A stretch of DNA of 62,436 bases, counting the filler, from Rhabdomonas costata (Eukaryota): NCBI GenBank assembly GCA_019059605.1. It is 34 parts of 34 records of this genome, joined end to end, with 100 filler letters (N's around TTAATTAATTAA, not from the genome) between each part and the next. Parts side by side here need not be neighbours in the genome. Positions count along the whole stretch, not along the records: positions 60,693 to 62,436 come from JAHMHO010009823.1; 33 more parts are not named here. One strand, 5' to 3'. This document shows, one piece after another, positions 61,617 through 62,436 of the stretch. Under the pieces are notes generated by a model. It had not been told where the DNA came from. It made no database searches and saw only the letters and a list, made by a program, of their open reading frames with translations. Position numbers and translations under genes: made by a program. Within the stretch, counting starts at the first letter, position 1, and every line of letters starts with the position of its first letter.

Positions 61617-62436
61617 GTACGAACTCCCCTCCTCCTCTTCCTAACCAGCATTGGAATCTCATAAGAACACTGCGCTCATTCAAAAAAAAAGATTCAAAAG
61701 CGATGAAGCCGGAGCGTTGCGAAGCGATTTTTCGCCTCTTTTTTTTTTGCGCTGGTGCTCTGCCCTGCTACTGGTTGAGAAGCACTTGCCCGCCCACCCA
61801 TTCAGACTCACGATCCCTTTCACCGTCCTTCTTTGCATCTTTTTCGGCAAGCGTTCTGGCTGAGCGTTTTCTTGATGGGGTTGATGAGGTGTAGGGGTGA
61901 GGTGCTCACATTTGGAGTCCTTGTTCCAATTGAGTGGCAGAAACCTCACCCACATTGCTCTGGCGTGCGTTATGGAGCCCGCACTCGATGTGGAATGTCG
62001 CCCTGTGCGAGATTTTTCTTGGGGAAAGTGGCTGCTTATGATTACGATTGCCCTTCTCTTTGCGCAGGACGGTGGAGTTGGTCGACCCGAGAAACCCGTG
62101 GTGTGTCCGTGTTTCCCTATGATTTGTGGGCCAAACGGTGAGTGGCGATGGGATGTGCTTTGATTTGGTCAGCTCCCAGGCTGCGCGCGGTTAGGGGCAG
62201 CTTTTTTTTCTATCGTCGCTCTCGTTCACGTGTGTGTGTGTGTGTGTGTGTGTGTGAGCGGGAGACCAGAGAGGGAGTGAGGAAGCAATACGGAGGGCCC
62301 ACAAAGGGATGCCCGGGCAAGTGGAGAGTGGAGAGAAGCGAGGTCCAGATGGTAGCAGGGACAGAGCGGGTCCAAGCCCGGAGTGGGATGGAGGACCCAA
62401 ACCCAGAAGGGCAATAGCGCCCAAAAAGAAGTGTAC

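Noticed and set aside
1-62436. Euglenid non-conventional end-paired introns; tRNA, rRNA and snRNA genes
   Set aside because: All introns resolvable in conserved genes were GT-AG or GC-AG, and no RNA gene was recognisable by eye.

Overview
This is not a continuous locus. It is 34 unrelated contigs of about 1.74 kb joined by 33 artificial 100-nt spacers (N44-TTAATTAATTAA-N44), so order across spacers has no biological meaning. The DNA is from an intron-rich flagellated eukaryote using the standard code. A euglenid is my best guess, inferred from gene content and intron style and not verified. Most contigs start with G/T-only sequence and end with C/A-only sequence, consistent with GenomePlex-type amplification, and two contigs end in fold-back inverted repeats. 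Manual splicing recovers fragments of an ankyrin protein, an RluA/RPUSD1-like pseudouridine synthase, SF3B4, a kinesin, a MATH protein, a divergent Hsp70, a multi-Cache receptor, an axonemal dynein heavy chain, an intron-containing histidine kinase, SAM, TTC27-like TPR and WD40 proteins, PRP31 and several hypothetical proteins. The most interesting item is a Ty3/gypsy-like gag whose leader carries an array of repeated 'LTR end CA + tRNA-iMet primer-binding site' units. Also notable are non-consensus GC-AG introns, a structured dispersed repeat, and +1 homopolymer frameshifts.
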